Shown here: positions 62,253 through 64,000 of the stretch, one piece after another
Layout of the letters: every line of letters begins with the position of its first letter
How positions within the stretch are numbered: the stretch's first letter is position 1
Source of the DNA: an uncultured Chloroflexia bacterium
Lineage (GTDB): Bacteria > Chloroflexota > Limnocylindria > Limnocylindrales > CSP1-4
Assembly (NCBI GenBank): GCA_963752475.1
Contig: CAVVYR010000004.1
Span: 160,001-224,000 of the forward strand
DNA length: 64,000 bases
Direction of reading: 5' to 3'
Position numbers and translations under genes: made by a program
Notes under the pieces: model-generated
What the model saw: the letters and a program-made list of their open reading frames with translations, nothing else
What the model was told of the DNA's origin: nothing
Databases searched by the model: none

Positions 62253-62684
62253 CTAGATGCGGTGCATGGCCTCGTACACGGAGTAGAGGCGCACGCTGAT
62301 CTCCATGCCCAACTCCTTGCCCACGCGCTCGAGGCCGGCCACCAGGGCGTCGTAGCCGTCGGTACCGGTAAGGTCGACGACCAGCACCATCACGAACACG
62401 CCCGCAAGGATCGTCTGCGAGAGGTCGGTCACGTTGCCGTGCTGACGGGCGACCTCGCTCGCGACGGTGGCGATGATGCCCGGCTTGTCGATGCCCTGGA
62501 CGGTGATGACGACCAGGTTCTCGGCCGCTGCCGCCGCGGCGGCGCGCGACTCCTCGCCCCCGAAGCTCACGCGGTTGCGGCGCAGGTACTCGAGCGCCGA
62601 GGGTGCCAGGGTCCACCCTTCCTCGACATCGAGCACGCCGTCCTTGACGTAGGCGGCGACGTTCTCGGAGGTGATGGTGCGCAT
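62253..62684 (-). CDS. ACT-domain protein (UPF0237-like) with an N-terminal extension
   Basis: VITVQGIDKPGIIA...DLSQTI...AMHRI. Confidence 0.85.
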   Translation of the reverse strand: MRTITSENVAAYVKDGVLDVEEGWTLAPSALEYLRRNRVSFGGEESRAAAAAAAENLVVITVQGIDKPGIIATVASEVARQHGNVTDLSQTILAGVFVMVLVVDLTGTDGYDALVAGLERVGKELGMEISVRLYSVYEAMHRI

Positions 62685-62743
62685 GTGGCAACTGTGACAT
62701 GCCCGTGGCCACGCCGCGACTCGCCTTCGGTCACCATAGGGGC

Positions 62744-63358
62744 ATGAGCGTTTTCGATGACAAGGCTGCCGAGTGGGACTCGCCAGAGCACCTCGAGCGG
62801 GCCCGAGACCTGGCCGAAAGCATCCGCCGACACATCCCGCTGACCGCGGGCATGCACGCGATCGACATCGGGGCCGGTACCGGGTCGCTCGGCCTGGAGC
62901 TGCTGGCCGACATCGACTCGGTCGTCCTGAGCGACCCGTCCGAGGGGATGATCGACGTGGCCCGCACGAAGATCGAGGCCGAGGGCATCGTGGACGCCCA
63001 GGCCATCGTCCTCGACTTCCCGTCCGATGAGCTGCCGCCGGGCGCACCCTTCGACCTGGCGGTCTCGATGATGGCACTACACCACGTCGAGGACACCGAG
63101 GCCACGCTGCGCTCGATCGATGCGGCACTGGCACCCGGTGGCTGGATCGGCCTCATCGACCTCGACAAGGAGGACGGCTCCTTCCACGACCCCGATCAGC
63201 CGGGCATCCACCACCACGGCTTCGACAGCGCCACGCTCATCGCGGCGGCCACGGCGGTGGGCTTCGTGGATGCGCGGACGCGCATCGTGTCGGCGGTCAC
63301 GCGGGAGGACGGGCGCAGCTATCCGTTGTTCCTGCTGACGGCGCGCAAGCCGGAGTAG
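62744..63358 (+). CDS. Class I SAM-dependent methyltransferase
   Basis: IDIGAGTG, MALHHVED, DLDKEDGSFH. Confidence 0.85.
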   Translation: MSVFDDKAAEWDSPEHLERARDLAESIRRHIPLTAGMHAIDIGAGTGSLGLELLADIDSVVLSDPSEGMIDVARTKIEAEGIVDAQAIVLDFPSDELPPGAPFDLAVSMMALHHVEDTEATLRSIDAALAPGGWIGLIDLDKEDGSFHDPDQPGIHHHGFDSATLIAAATAVGFVDARTRIVSAVTREDGRSYPLFLLTARKPE

Positions 63359-63361
63359 CGG

Positions 63362-64000
63362 CTACTCCACCCCGCTGATCGCGACCTTGCCGCCGGGGCT
63401 ACCGGTCTCGACAAGGTCGACCGCGAAGCCAGCCTCCTCGAAGGGCACGGTGGTGTCGATGACCGGCCGGAGCTCCCCGGCCTCGACCATCTCGCGGATC
63501 GCATCGAGGGTCGGAGTGTCCTCGCGCGTATTCACCAAGGTCAGCTTCTGGCTCACGAAGCGGTTCATGGCCACCGCGAGGATCATGTTGAGCCCGGGCC
63601 CCAGGAAGCGATCCCCATCTCCGGCACATTGGACCAGCGTGCCGTCATCGGCCAGCACTCGGCGGATGGCTCGCGGGCCCTCAGTACCTCCAAGCTGGAA
63701 AACGAGGTCCCAGCGCCCGTCGCCCCGCGTGTAGTCGTCTCGTGTGTAGTCGATGACCTCGTCCCCGCCGAGCGAACGCACGAGCTCGACGTTGCGCGTG
63801 CTGCAGACCCCCGTCACGTGCGCGCCCCAGGCCTTCGCCATCTGGACCGCGAGCGTGCCGACGCCGCCGGACGCACCCACGATGAGCACACGTTGTCCAG
63901 CCTCGATAGTGCCTTCGTCCCTGAGCCCCTGCCAGGCCGTGGCGGCTGCGAGCGGCAGGGACGCGGCCTCCTCCCAGCTCAGGCCGGCCGGCCTTCGCGC
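63362..64000 (-). CDS. MDR-family NAD(P)-dependent oxidoreductase (quinone-reductase-like), 5' end outside the window
   Basis: GASGGVGT.AVQ.AK, VIDYT, LRPVID, GKVAI. Confidence 0.85.
   Translation of the reverse strand, partial: ARRPAGLSWEEAASLPLAAATAWQGLRDEGTIEAGQRVLIVGASGGVGTLAVQMAKAWGAHVTGVCSTRNVELVRSLGGDEVIDYTRDDYTRGDGRWDLVFQLGGTEGPRAIRRVLADDGTLVQCAGDGDRFLGPGLNMILAVAMNRFVSQKLTLVNTREDTPTLDAIREMVEAGELRPVIDTTVPFEEAGFAVDLVETGSPGGKVAISGVE

Overview
GC-rich bacterial chromosomal DNA. Gene content and style suggest Chloroflexota, but that is inference. It looks like a long-read assembly with patchy consensus quality. From left to right the window holds: a secreted ASPIC/UnbV (FG-GAP) protein fused to a vanadium-haloperoxidase-like domain; two IS elements (IS481, IS1182-like) stacked at one CTAG site; a NagB-like gene abutting a decapitated xylF paralog; a xylF/H/G-type sugar ABC operon with an Rpe-family epimerase; and a catabolic cluster made of a Mo-hydroxylase, two PLP fold-II enzymes and two tandem carbamoyltransferases, one ATCase-like but lacking the aspartate-binding motif and one YgeW-like. 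Further on are a mosaic duplication of a DUF4139 gene; a pyrBCDEF operon; a TetR/DrrAB operon with two operators and a leaderless promoter; and a giant Cys-paired repeat surface protein whose middle decays into a C-depleted G/T tract (probably an artifact). The window ends with preA and an ACT + DUF711 + ribose-type ABC + FGGY kinase operon. The best candidate for an undescribed system is the double-carbamoyltransferase/Mo-hydroxylase cluster at 14.7-22.3 kb. No rRNA, tRNA or CRISPR array was seen. All product calls come from motif recognition by eye, not from database searches.
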